From Candidatus Poribacteria bacterium (GTDB taxonomy: Bacteria > Poribacteria > WGA-4E > WGA-3G), in contig CAXXUA010000004.1 of assembly GCA_963663765.2 (NCBI GenBank), positions 896,001-960,000 of the forward strand: a stretch of DNA of 64,000 bases, in the 5' to 3' direction. Shown here piece after piece: positions 31,706 through 41,134 of the stretch. The notes under the pieces are model-generated. The model saw nothing but the letters and a program-made list of their open reading frames with translations. It had not been told where the DNA came from and did not search any database. Numbering within the stretch: position 1 is the first letter of the stretch; every line of letters starts with the position of its first letter. Made by a program: the position numbers and the translations under genes.

Positions 31706-31899
31706 TCTATTATTGGCGAAGGTATTGTCACTATAAAAGAAGTATCTAAAGTTTCTATCAAAGCTTGCTTGACGTAAGGGAACTGTGGACATCGTAGGGG
31801 CGAGGTTTCCTCACCTACGTAAAACCTCTGTTTGGGCGGGGAGACCCCGCCCCTACGCACAGTAACCAAAACTTTACACACCCAGAATGTAAAAGACAC

Positions 31900-31928
31900 T
31901 TGACACGAATTCTGCTTAATGCTATTTT
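31900..31928 (+). promoter_or_regulatory. sigma70 promoter
   Basis: TTGACA-N17-TATTTT with TG extension. Confidence 0.5.
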
Positions 31929-32013
31929 GGTTCTAATATTTTTACGCCTTCTTGAATACAAAGTTGTAGAGAGCAATTGCACACAAGGAGGATATGACAG
32001 AAAGGATATTCAG

Positions 32014-33108
32014 ATGAGTATCAGCATCGGTATGGTGGGGTTAGGGATGTTCGGTCCCTCATTCATTCAATCGTATAAAGCACATCCAGACGTGCATCGA
32101 CTTGCACTCTGCGATTTGCGGGAAGAACGTTTGTCAAAATGGGCAAAGCAATTTGAGATTTCGGAGACTTATACAAGTCTTGATGACATCTGCAAATCGG
32201 ATTTGGATGCGCTTGTCATCATCACGCAACATTGGATGCACGCACCGCAGGCAATACAAGCAATGCAGTCGGGTAAGCACGTTTATACTGCTGTACCTGC
32301 TGCTGTGTCGTTAGATGAATGTGAACAGTTGGTACAAACAGCGCAACGGACTGGGATGATCTACATGAACGGTGAAACAAGTTATTTTCGTCCAGAGGCT
32401 GTTTTTTGTCGTCAGAAAGCGGCGGAAGGTGCGTTCGGTGAGTTTGTTCATTGTCGAGCTGAGTATTTCCACGATATGGAACATGGTCTATACGATGTAT
32501 ATAAAAACCGATGGGGTGATCAGTTTGGTCGTGACAAAACTGGCAGTATTCCTATGTATTATCCAACACATTCAACATGTTTTCCCATTTCTGTAATGAA
32601 CGCTTATGCAACATCCGTTTCGGCACAGGGTTATATCTATCCTGACGATGATTGGTATCGGTTGGACACAATCCACAAAAACCCATATTCTAATGAAGTT
32701 GGACTTTTCTCAATGAGCAACGGGGCAACAATGCAAATCTGTGAGTTTCGCAGAATAGGTCATCCGGGTTGTGAACGTGCAAGTGGGATATATGGTACTA
32801 AAGGCAGTTATGAACAGAGTCTTGCTGGAACCGTATGGGCAACGAAACACGGAAGGGAGGCTGTCCAACCTACCCAAATGCATGAATACCTACCAGAAGA
32901 ACTTGTGGATAATTTGGGGGGACACGGTGGATCTCATGCGTATCTGGTGCATGAATTTGTGGATTCTGTCAATCAGGAACGGTTACCACGCGTCAACGTA
33001 TGGGAAGCGGTTCGATATTGTGCTCCTGGACTTGTAGCACATGAATCGGCACTTAAGGATGGTGAGCTGCTCCAAATTCCTGATTGGGGTGATGCTCCGA
33101 CTGACTAA
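32014..33108 (+). CDS. Gfo/Idh/MocA oxidoreductase
   Basis: IGMVGLGMFG, GKHVYTAVP, YPTHS, GGHGGSH; AAGGA RBS before MSISIG. Confidence 0.88.
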   Translation: MSISIGMVGLGMFGPSFIQSYKAHPDVHRLALCDLREERLSKWAKQFEISETYTSLDDICKSDLDALVIITQHWMHAPQAIQAMQSGKHVYTAVPAAVSLDECEQLVQTAQRTGMIYMNGETSYFRPEAVFCRQKAAEGAFGEFVHCRAEYFHDMEHGLYDVYKNRWGDQFGRDKTGSIPMYYPTHSTCFPISVMNAYATSVSAQGYIYPDDDWYRLDTIHKNPYSNEVGLFSMSNGATMQICEFRRIGHPGCERASGIYGTKGSYEQSLAGTVWATKHGREAVQPTQMHEYLPEELVDNLGGHGGSHAYLVHEFVDSVNQERLPRVNVWEAVRYCAPGLVAHESALKDGELLQIPDWGDAPTD

Positions 33109-33333
33109 ATTTACCTCATCCTCGTAGTTTGTGTAGCGTTTGCCACAACTTCAGATTTGTCTCTAAAACAGGATTTGCATGTGTCTGAACCAGGATTTCC
33201 AGGATTTTCAGATTTTCAGGATTTACCTAATAAATGTTTATTACTGAAATTCAGTTTAATGGATACAAAATATCATGGATGAGAATAACCCTATAAATCT
33301 GATAATCCTGGTTCATCCGCTATACTGACAACA

Positions 33334-34386
33334 TCACTTTGTCATATCCCACATACGCACTGTATTGTCAAAGCTCCCACTCGCCAAAGATCGACCATCC
33401 GGACTAAACGCTACGCAGTTGACAGCATTCGTATGATCTCTTATCGTACGGATAGGTGTACCATCGCTTACTTTCCACAAACGAATCGTGTCGTCCCAAC
33501 TGGCAGCAGCAACGGTGCGTCCATCCGGACTGAATGCAATCATGATAATATATGACGTATGTCCCTTCAACGTACGGAAATGGGTGCCGCCGCTTGCGTT
33601 CCACAAACGTACCGTCATATCACTACTCCCACTCGCAAGGAAGCGACTATCCGGACTAAACGCAACACTATTCACAGTATCCGTATGTCCTGTGAGCGTG
33701 TGGATACGGTGTCCAAACTTTAAGTTCCACAGACGGATATTATTGTCATAACTGCCGCAGGCGAGTGTGTTACCATCGGGACTAAACGCAACACTTCTGG
33801 CAGGATCCGTTTGTCCAGTGAAAGTGCGTATCTCTGTGCCATCGCTTGCGTTCCACAAACGGATAGTATTATCCCAACCGCCACTTGCGAGTGTGCTACC
33901 ATCCGGACTAAACGCAACGTTCGCTACCCAACCTATATGCTCTGTGAATGTGACAGTATTGGTTCCATTATTTGTGTCCCACAATCGGGCAGTTCCGTCA
34001 AAACTGGAACTGGCGATCGTGTTACCATCAGGACTGAACACCACATTTCTGACAATACCCGTATGTCCACTAAATACACGTATCAATGTTCCGTTGCTTG
34101 TATCCCACAAACGGAGAGTCAAGTCATAACTGCCACTGACAAGTTTGCTACCATCAGGACTGAATGCGACACCGTAGACACTCCTGGTATGTCCTGTGAG
34201 TGTACCGATAAAATATGTTCTTTCAGGAATCATTTCCGTTTCTTCAGTGTCATTATCCGTTGGGTCTACAAAGGTTGTGTCAATATTTGTTCGTTTGCCA
34301 ATCTGTGATGTGGTGTCTTCGTCGCCACCACACCCTACTATCATTATGCAGAGGAGAATGCTCAATATCAAAATACTTCTTTTCAT
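33334..34386 (-). CDS. WD40-repeat lipoprotein
   Basis: Lipobox IVGC; seven GH…VAFSPDG…SGS.D..RLW repeats. Confidence 0.9.
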   Translation of the reverse strand: MKRSILILSILLCIMIVGCGGDEDTTSQIGKRTNIDTTFVDPTDNDTEETEMIPERTYFIGTLTGHTRSVYGVAFSPDGSKLVSGSYDLTLRLWDTSNGTLIRVFSGHTGIVRNVVFSPDGNTIASSSFDGTARLWDTNNGTNTVTFTEHIGWVANVAFSPDGSTLASGGWDNTIRLWNASDGTEIRTFTGQTDPARSVAFSPDGNTLACGSYDNNIRLWNLKFGHRIHTLTGHTDTVNSVAFSPDSRFLASGSSDMTVRLWNASGGTHFRTLKGHTSYIIMIAFSPDGRTVAAASWDDTIRLWKVSDGTPIRTIRDHTNAVNCVAFSPDGRSLASGSFDNTVRMWDMTK

Positions 34387-34634
34387 AATAAACCCCATTA
34401 CCTATTAATATCAGACAGAATACATCATATATGAAAAGAAGTCAATTATTTTATCTTTACCAGGATTTTCAGGATTATCAGATTAACAGGATTGGACTTT
34501 ATGAGACGATTATGCCATACGCAAAAGTCAATTTTATCTGTTGATGTGATGGGAAACGCATCTAATCCTGGAAATCTGTAAATCCTGAAAACCTGGTTCA
34601 GACACATGGAAAAAACTTTACACACCCCATTGAG

Positions 34635-34881
34635 CTTACTATTACCCATAAGTCGAATTGGAGGGACAAAGGCTCGACATGCTGCTGTAGGAGGAGTTTC
34701 TAACCCGGATAGAGGACAGAAAACTGGTCATAAGAACTAAAAAACCTTGTGAAATTAGTCTAAAAGGCCTATAAAGGTATCCTACATCTAAAATATTGGT
34801 CAGTTTTCAGGCGTTTTTGAGCAACAGGCACCTACAAAAGACTTAACGGACTATACCCAAAAACTTATGGGTAATAGTAAG
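34635..34881. mobile_element. MITE family I (247 bp)
   Basis: TIR CTTACTATTACCCATAAGT; 9-bp duplication CCCATTGAG; inverted copy at 52158-52405. Confidence 0.85.
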
Positions 34882-34892
34882 CCCATTGAGAA

Positions 34893-36676
34893 GGGTGTGT
34901 AAAGTTTTGGTTGCTGTGCGTAGGGGCGGGGTTTCCCCGCCCCATAGACGTCAATTTAAGAAAATATTGTTGTCATTTTTCTTGTGGGAGGGGTTTTCAA
35001 CCTCGATTTGAGCGGAAATGCACTAAAAAATCGGGGTTGAAAACCCCTCCCACAAGAGGTGAAAATCCTTAAATTGACGTCTATGGGGCGGGGTCTCCCC
35101 GCCCCATAGACGTCAATTTATGAAAAAAGTGTTGGTGTTTCTCTTGTGTGAGTTTTTTTCAACCTCGATATGACAGAAGATGAACATAAAATCGGGGTTG
35201 AAAACTTCTCCCACAAGAGGTTAAAATCCTTAAGTTGACGCTTATGGGGTGCGCTTACAAAACACCAAATCAAGAAATCAACGGTATGAATGCCATTTAG
35301 GCATTCCCCGTCTACCATCGGAGCGCGCTTACAAAGCACGCCTGCAGTGGGGCACGCCAGCAGGTGAGGGCGGGGATGGCGCGCTTACAAAGCACGCCTG
35401 CAGTTTATGGGAGTATGGAGCGCGCTTACAAAGCACCCAGCAGTGGGGCACGCCAGCAGGTGAGGGCAGGGATGGCGCGCTTACAAAGCACGCCTGCAGT
35501 TTATGGGAGTATGGAGCGCGCTTACAAAGCACGCCTGCAGTGGGGCACGCCAGCAGGTGAGGGCGGGGATGGCGCGCTTACAAAGCACGCCTGCAGTTTA
35601 TGGGAGTATGGAACGAGCTTACAAAGCACGCCTGCAGTGGGGCACGCCAGCAGGTGAGGCCGGGGATGGCGCGCTTACAAAGCACGCCTGCAGTTTATGG
35701 GAGTATGGAGCGCGCTTACAAAGCACGCCTGCAGTGGGGCACGCCAGCAGGTGAGGCCGGGGATGGCGCGCTTAAAAAGCACGCCTGCAGTTTTTGGGAG
35801 TATGGAGCGCGCTTACAAAGCACCCAGCAGTGGGGCACGCCAGCAGGTGAGGCCGGGGATGGCGCGCTTACAAAGCACGCCTGCAGTTTATGGGAGTATG
35901 GAGCGCGCTTACAAAGCACCCAGCAGTGGGGCACGCCAGCAGGTGAGGGCAGGGATGGCGCGCTTAAAAAGCACGCCTGCAGTTTATGGGAGTATGGAGC
36001 GCGCTTACAAAGCACGCCTGCAGTGGGGCACGCCAGCAGGTGAGGCCGGGGATGGCGCGCTTACAAAGCACGCCTGCAGTTTATGGGAGTATGGAGCGCG
36101 CTTACAAAGCACGCCTGCAGTGGGGCACGCCAGCAGGTGAGGCCGGGGATGGCGCGCTTACAAAGCACGCCTGCAGTGGGGCACGCCAGCAGGTGAGGCC
36201 GGGGATGGCGCGCTTACAAAGCACGCCTACCGTTGGAGAAATATTTTATTACCGAATTAATCTTCATTAGGGACGATATGTTTATAGAAAACGAATACCC
36301 TCTCAGTTCTTTAGTCCCATAGGGACGACATGTTTATTCTTCTATGTCGTTCCTACGGAACTCAATTGGGGTGGAAAACATTTATCTATAAACATATCGT
36401 TCCTACGGAACTATAGTGAAATATACAATTAAGTTTACACTTGTTCTGTAGGAGCGATCTCCGAATCGCGACTGGACGTCTTGATAGTCGGGAATCGGAG
36501 TTCCCGCCTACCCCTGAAAGTGAACGTTTTGATAGTCGGGAATCGGAGTTACCGCCTACCCCTGAAACTGGACGTCTTGATAGTCGGGAATCGGAGTTAC
36601 CGCCTACCCTGAAAGTGTAAAAATAATTCTAAAATGCACTATAATGTCAGGGTTTCTACAAAAACTTTACACACCC
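34893..36676. mobile_element. composite nested MITE, outer family D
   Basis: D TIRs with 9-bp duplication CATTGAGAA; contains two H copies (34943-35085, 35105-35246), a REP array, a G end and E (36414-36641). Confidence 0.85.
35323..36230. repeat. array of about 19 GCGCGCTTACAAAGCACGCCTGCAG repeats with two alternating linkers (about 97-bp period)
   Basis: Linkers TGGGGCACGCCAGCAGGTGAGGCCGGGGATG and TTTATGGGAGTATGGA alternate. Confidence 0.9.
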
Positions 36677-36692
36677 CATTGAGAAAATGTGT

Positions 36693-36721
36693 TTGATTTA
36701 ACTTACATTTTAGTGTATACT
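36693..36721 (+). promoter_or_regulatory. sigma70 promoter of the sulfite reductase gene
   Basis: TTGATT-N17-TATACT. Confidence 0.45.
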
Positions 36722-36852
36722 ATGCAAATTAATGAAAGGTTTATGAAGTTTGTAATCATGGCAGCACGGTTTTTTACAAGTAACATGGACGATGAAAGCA
36801 GTTGGATAACGATTAACCTACACTGAATAAACGAGGTAACAAGGAGTATAGA

Positions 36853-39303
36853 ATGGCTATTGAATACGCGGGAGCTTATGACACATCAGCAATTCCCGAA
36901 GATGTTGCCCGCGAAATTGAAATTTATGAGATACAACTCAACAGGGTACAAGCTGGTCAAGTTGAAGAATCTCTTTTTACTGAATTTAGACTACGGCACG
37001 GGGTTTACGGGCAACGTGATGATAGATCACAGATGATCCGTGTCAAAATTCCATTTGGCGGACTTACAGCCGCGCAGCTTGAAATGTTGGCGGATGTGGC
37101 AGAGGAATTCTCAGACAACATCATACACATTACCACACGACAAGATGTACAATATCACTACGTTGACATCAATAATACACCTGAACTGATGCGACGTCTA
37201 GCGAGTGTTGACATCACGACAAAAGAAGCGTGTGGCAATGTTGTGCGAAACGTAACAGCATGTCCACTTAGCGGTGTGTGCAATGACGAAACCTTTGATG
37301 TAACCCCATATTCAAAGGCGTTGTCTGCATTCCTATTGGGACACCCAGATGCACAAGATTTTGGTCGAAAATTCAAAATCGCATTTTCGGGTTGTGAGGA
37401 GCACGCTTGCGGCTTAGCAAACATGCACGACATCGGTGCGGTCGCTGCCGTTAAAGATGTGGATGGAGAAACCAAACGTGGATTTAGACTCTATGTCGGA
37501 GGTGGACTCGGGGCGGTACCACATCAAGCAAAAATCTTTGATGACTTCGTTCCCGCTGAAGAACTCCTGCCAATTTCACAGTCAATCTGCAGAGTTTTCT
37601 CCCGGTTAGGAGAGAGAAAAAACCGGAACAAAGCTCGACTAAAGTTTGTTGTTGCAAAATACGGTATTGAAGAATTCCGAAAGTTGGTGCTTGAAGATCG
37701 AGAAACACTACGGCATGATCCTGAATGGACAGCTTATCTTGACAGTCTTGATGCTTACGATGAATTTCCACTTAAGCCACCTACGCAGCTCAACGGTGCA
37801 ACACGACCCGATGGGTTTGAGGTATGGTATAAATCAAATGTACGGCTACAGAGTCAACCTGGGTATGCTTATGTGACGTTAACATTGCCACTTGGCGACA
37901 TCACCGCTGATCAAACCCGTGCATTAGCAGATATTTCTCGGAAATACGTCAAAGACACTATCCGCGCTACAGTGGAGCAAAACATTGTTCTACGCTGGGT
38001 AACAATGACCGATTTACCCGCATTGTATCGCGATCTGAAAGCAGTGGGGTTAGGTGACCCTGGTGCAGAATCTTTAGTAGATATTACCGCTTGTCCAGGG
38101 ACAGACTCATGTAAGTTAGGAGTCTCTTCGTCACGAGGACTGGCAGCACACCTTCGAAACTATTTCATTGAAGCAGGTGTGCAGAATGAAATCAAAGACT
38201 TCCGGATTAAGATTAGTGGATGTCCCAACTCATGTGGACAACACCACGTCGCAAATATTGGTTTCTTCGGTTCTTCAAAACGGCATCGAATTGGGGGACA
38301 TATCGCTCCCGTATACTTGGTTCTACTTGGTGGACACATGATTGAAAATGCCAGTTCTTACGGACTCGCTACAGGTAAAATCCATGCAAACTATATTCCA
38401 GCGTTCATTGAAGAATTGACCGGGAAATATGTAAATGAAAAGCAAAATTGTGAAACCTTCACCGATTACGTTGAACGACTCGGAAAAGTGGAGATCAAAG
38501 AAATATTATCTAATTATGATAATATCCCTCCTTATGAAGAAGCACCAGAATTTTACATAGACACTGGTGACACAAAAGACTATCAACTCAAAACCGGTGT
38601 CGGTGAATGTGCTGGTATGTTGGTTGAACTTGTCTCTATGAAGTTGGAGGAATCAGATCGTCTTATATATGAATCCGGACTAAGTTTGGAAGCTAGTACT
38701 TACCAAGAATGTGCAGATAAAGCATTTAATGCAATGATCAAAGCAGCAGATGGACTCTTGACGACTGTTGGGTTGCAATATATTGACGATGATACCACTG
38801 TCAATGAATTCCGCAAACACTTCTTTGATGCTGGTAACTTCTTTGCTGGATTTGGTGCACATCTATTCAAGGCTACGGAGGAAGATAGCTCTACTTTTGA
38901 CCACGAATTAGCACACCGACGCGTGGAAGAAGCAACCCTCTTCGTAGAAGAATCGCATAACGTGTATAATCGTATGCGTATCAAGCAGGAGGAAGAAGAG
39001 GCGAGTAAACGTAAGACACGTAGGTCGCGTCCTGCACCGAAGCCAAAGGTTGTTAAAGAAAAGAAACCTGTTGTGGAAATCACTGATAGCCTTGACCTGA
39101 AAGGTGTCGCATGCCCGTTCAACTACGTGCAAGCGAAGGTTCGGTTAGAAACGATGGATACCGGTCAACTTTTGGAGATTACCATTGATGACGGTGAACC
39201 GTTTGAGAACGTGCCGAAAAGCCTTACAAACGATGGGCATGACATTGTTGACACAAAGAAGATAGGGCAACACTACCGCTTGACAATAAAGAAGGGCAAG
39301 TAG
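36853..39303 (+). CDS. siroheme/4Fe-4S sulfite/nitrite reductase fused to a HEPN-like helical domain and a C-terminal TusA domain
   Basis: RLRHGVYGQR, HITTRQD, ACPGTDSC, SGCPNSCG; LDLKGVACPFNYVQAK. Confidence 0.85.
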   Translation: MAIEYAGAYDTSAIPEDVAREIEIYEIQLNRVQAGQVEESLFTEFRLRHGVYGQRDDRSQMIRVKIPFGGLTAAQLEMLADVAEEFSDNIIHITTRQDVQYHYVDINNTPELMRRLASVDITTKEACGNVVRNVTACPLSGVCNDETFDVTPYSKALSAFLLGHPDAQDFGRKFKIAFSGCEEHACGLANMHDIGAVAAVKDVDGETKRGFRLYVGGGLGAVPHQAKIFDDFVPAEELLPISQSICRVFSRLGERKNRNKARLKFVVAKYGIEEFRKLVLEDRETLRHDPEWTAYLDSLDAYDEFPLKPPTQLNGATRPDGFEVWYKSNVRLQSQPGYAYVTLTLPLGDITADQTRALADISRKYVKDTIRATVEQNIVLRWVTMTDLPALYRDLKAVGLGDPGAESLVDITACPGTDSCKLGVSSSRGLAAHLRNYFIEAGVQNEIKDFRIKISGCPNSCGQHHVANIGFFGSSKRHRIGGHIAPVYLVLLGGHMIENASSYGLATGKIHANYIPAFIEELTGKYVNEKQNCETFTDYVERLGKVEIKEILSNYDNIPPYEEAPEFYIDTGDTKDYQLKTGVGECAGMLVELVSMKLEESDRLIYESGLSLEASTYQECADKAFNAMIKAADGLLTTVGLQYIDDDTTVNEFRKHFFDAGNFFAGFGAHLFKATEEDSSTFDHELAHRRVEEATLFVEESHNVYNRMRIKQEEEEASKRKTRRSRPAPKPKVVKEKKPVVEITDSLDLKGVACPFNYVQAKVRLETMDTGQLLEITIDDGEPFENVPKSLTNDGHDIVDTKKIGQHYRLTIKKGK

Positions 39304-39312
39304 GATTTCAGT

Positions 39313-39345
39313 GTGTGTAGAGAGGAATTGAAACCTCTCTACACA
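39313..39345 (+). terminator. hairpin after the reductase gene
   Basis: GTGTGTAGAGAGG…CCTCTCTACACAC. Confidence 0.5.
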
Positions 39346-39364
39346 CGTTATTATTACAGAGTCA

Positions 39365-39853
39365 GTGTGTGCAAATCCCGAAAAAAACTTGAAAGTCTAT
39401 CTTGATACTTGTTGTTTAAGTCGCCTTTTTAACGATCAGACACAAGTGAGAATTCGTCAAGAAACAGATGCTGTTAAGACGATCCTTGCACGTTTCTTCA
39501 CAAAACAATGGGAATGGATTAGTAGCACGGTCGTACTGAACGAAATCCGTAAAACACCTAATGAGATACTGTGTGTTGAAATGGAAACCTTGTTAGGGTT
39601 GACAAACCGTAATATTGACGGTGGAGAAAAGGAAACCATACGGGCAACACAACTTGAAGTATTAGGATTTAAATGGTTGGATGCTTTACATATCGCTTGT
39701 GCAGAAAGCGGAAACGCAGATGTACTGCTAACTACAGATGATCGTATGCTGAGAAGAGCAAAAAGGTTCAATTTACGACTTCGTGTTCGTGTTGAAAACC
39801 CGTATACATGGTTAGAGGAGGTCGTCGAAAATGAACGTACAAACCTTGCTTAA
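39365..39853 (+). CDS. PIN-domain (VapC-like) protein
   Basis: VYLDTCCL.R.F.DQ, DALHIACA, LLTTDD. Confidence 0.85.
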   Translation: MCANPEKNLKVYLDTCCLSRLFNDQTQVRIRQETDAVKTILARFFTKQWEWISSTVVLNEIRKTPNEILCVEMETLLGLTNRNIDGGEKETIRATQLEVLGFKWLDALHIACAESGNADVLLTTDDRMLRRAKRFNLRLRVRVENPYTWLEEVVENERTNLA

Positions 39854-40037
39854 AAATGAGATGAAAATGCTACGTCACCAAAATCTAGACGTTCATGCAC
39901 TATTAAAAAAAATCTTTCAGTATCAAGATGGGAAAGGCGACTATTCAATTGAACGACATAAATGGATGGAAACGCTTGATAAAGAGACATTCTTAAATGA
40001 AATCCGATTAATACAAGCACGCGAAGAACAGCAATAA
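39831..40037 (+). CDS. small protein, likely antitoxin partner of the PIN gene
   Basis: GAGGAGG RBS; overlaps the PIN gene; F.Q…G.GDY..ERH.W pattern. Confidence 0.6.
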   Translation: MNVQTLLKNEMKMLRHQNLDVHALLKKIFQYQDGKGDYSIERHKWMETLDKETFLNEIRLIQAREEQQ

Positions 40038-40187
40038 TTAATCTTCTCAAATCGGAAGTTTGAAAATCCGTTAATCATGTTTTTTATATATTGGCGTTTG
40101 CCGCCGCGCCCAAAACGGGTCGGCAAACGCCAAATTTTTGTCCAGTTAGGATGCACAACTGCATCGTATTCCTTGATTTGGTTATGG

Positions 40188-40351
40188 TAGGACTTACACA
40201 CCCAACGGTAGGCGGGGAATGCCTAAACGGCATTCATACCGTTGATTTCTTGATTTGGTGCTTTGTAAGCGCGCTGGAACATAATAATGCTGAAAATTAC
40301 ATCATTTTCAGCACAATTCTAGATTAAATCATGAAAACTGCGTAAGTCCTG
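40188..40351. mobile_element. MITE family B
   Basis: TAGGACTTACACA…TGCGTAAGTCCTG; 5-bp duplication TATGG; GTAGGCGGGGAATGCC REP. Confidence 0.8.
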
Positions 40352-40382
40352 TATGGTTATAATTTGAGTAAGGAAATGTTTT

Positions 40383-40883
40383 ATGCGCCACAACCTATTT
40401 GTCCCTAACAAACTGCCCTATGCAAAAGGAAAAAATAGACCAGATGTTGCATGTATCCTATGTGCAATTGTAGAAAAAGATGAAAAAGTAGAACGGCTTG
40501 AGGTGCATCGGACAGAACAATTTACTATTTCGCTCAATCTTTATCCTTACAGTCCCGGACACCTGCTTGTTTTTCCAAATCGACACATCATTGATATGCG
40601 AGACTTGAGTTCTGAAGAAGTTTTGCACCTGCACAACCTTCAGTGTCTCAGTTTTGAGGTATTGACACAAGCATATCAACCACTTGGTTTTAATGTAGGA
40701 TATAATATGGGGGAATCCTCTGGCGCCAGTATTCCACATCTACATCTGCATGTTGTTCCGCGCTATCCACGGGAGTTGGGTTTCATGGACGTAATTGGTG
40801 GTGCAAGGATTATCATTGAAGACCCAAATGCTACACAGCAAAAACTTACACAGATATTTCAGGAAAAGGCAGTTGACGTTTAA
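40383..40883 (+). CDS. HIT-family protein (Ap4A phosphorylase/hydrolase-like)
   Basis: CILC, LNLYPYSPGHLLV, GFNVGYN.G..SGASIPHLHLHVVPR. Confidence 0.88.
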   Translation: MRHNLFVPNKLPYAKGKNRPDVACILCAIVEKDEKVERLEVHRTEQFTISLNLYPYSPGHLLVFPNRHIIDMRDLSSEEVLHLHNLQCLSFEVLTQAYQPLGFNVGYNMGESSGASIPHLHLHVVPRYPRELGFMDVIGGARIIIEDPNATQQKLTQIFQEKAVDV

Positions 40884-41134
40884 GAAGGTATCTTGTGAAG
40901 AAATTACAACTGTGAAGATTTCATCGACACATTCCCCAACACAAACGAAGTCAGTGACGTATCCATTCAACATCAGCACAGCTCAATCAGAAACGGTGCG
41001 CTATGCTCAATCAGAAACGGTGAATGAAACGTAGAATTTTTCAGAAAAGTACAACGCATATCCTATCCTTTGGCAAACAACGCCCTTTTTTCTTTCCGTA
41101 AAGAGATAAAATACATTTTCATGAGAGTGCTCCT

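Larger units (their letters stand above)
29829..31883. mobile_element. composite nested MITE, outer family D (about 2055 bp)
   Basis: TIR GGGTGTGTAAAGTTTT; 9-bp duplication AGAATGTAA; contains E (29864-31733, TA), F (29997-31727, TCACTA), G, H and K pieces. Confidence 0.85.

Noticed and set aside
35323-36230. CRISPR array
   Set aside because: Only two linker sequences alternate, so there are no unique spacers
35249-36270. Overlapping ORFs in the second array
   Set aside because: Translation artefacts of a 97-bp period that is not a multiple of 3
40883-41034. Short ORF and an 18-bp direct repeat GCTCAATCAGAAACGGTG x2
   Set aside because: Only two copies and no recognisable product
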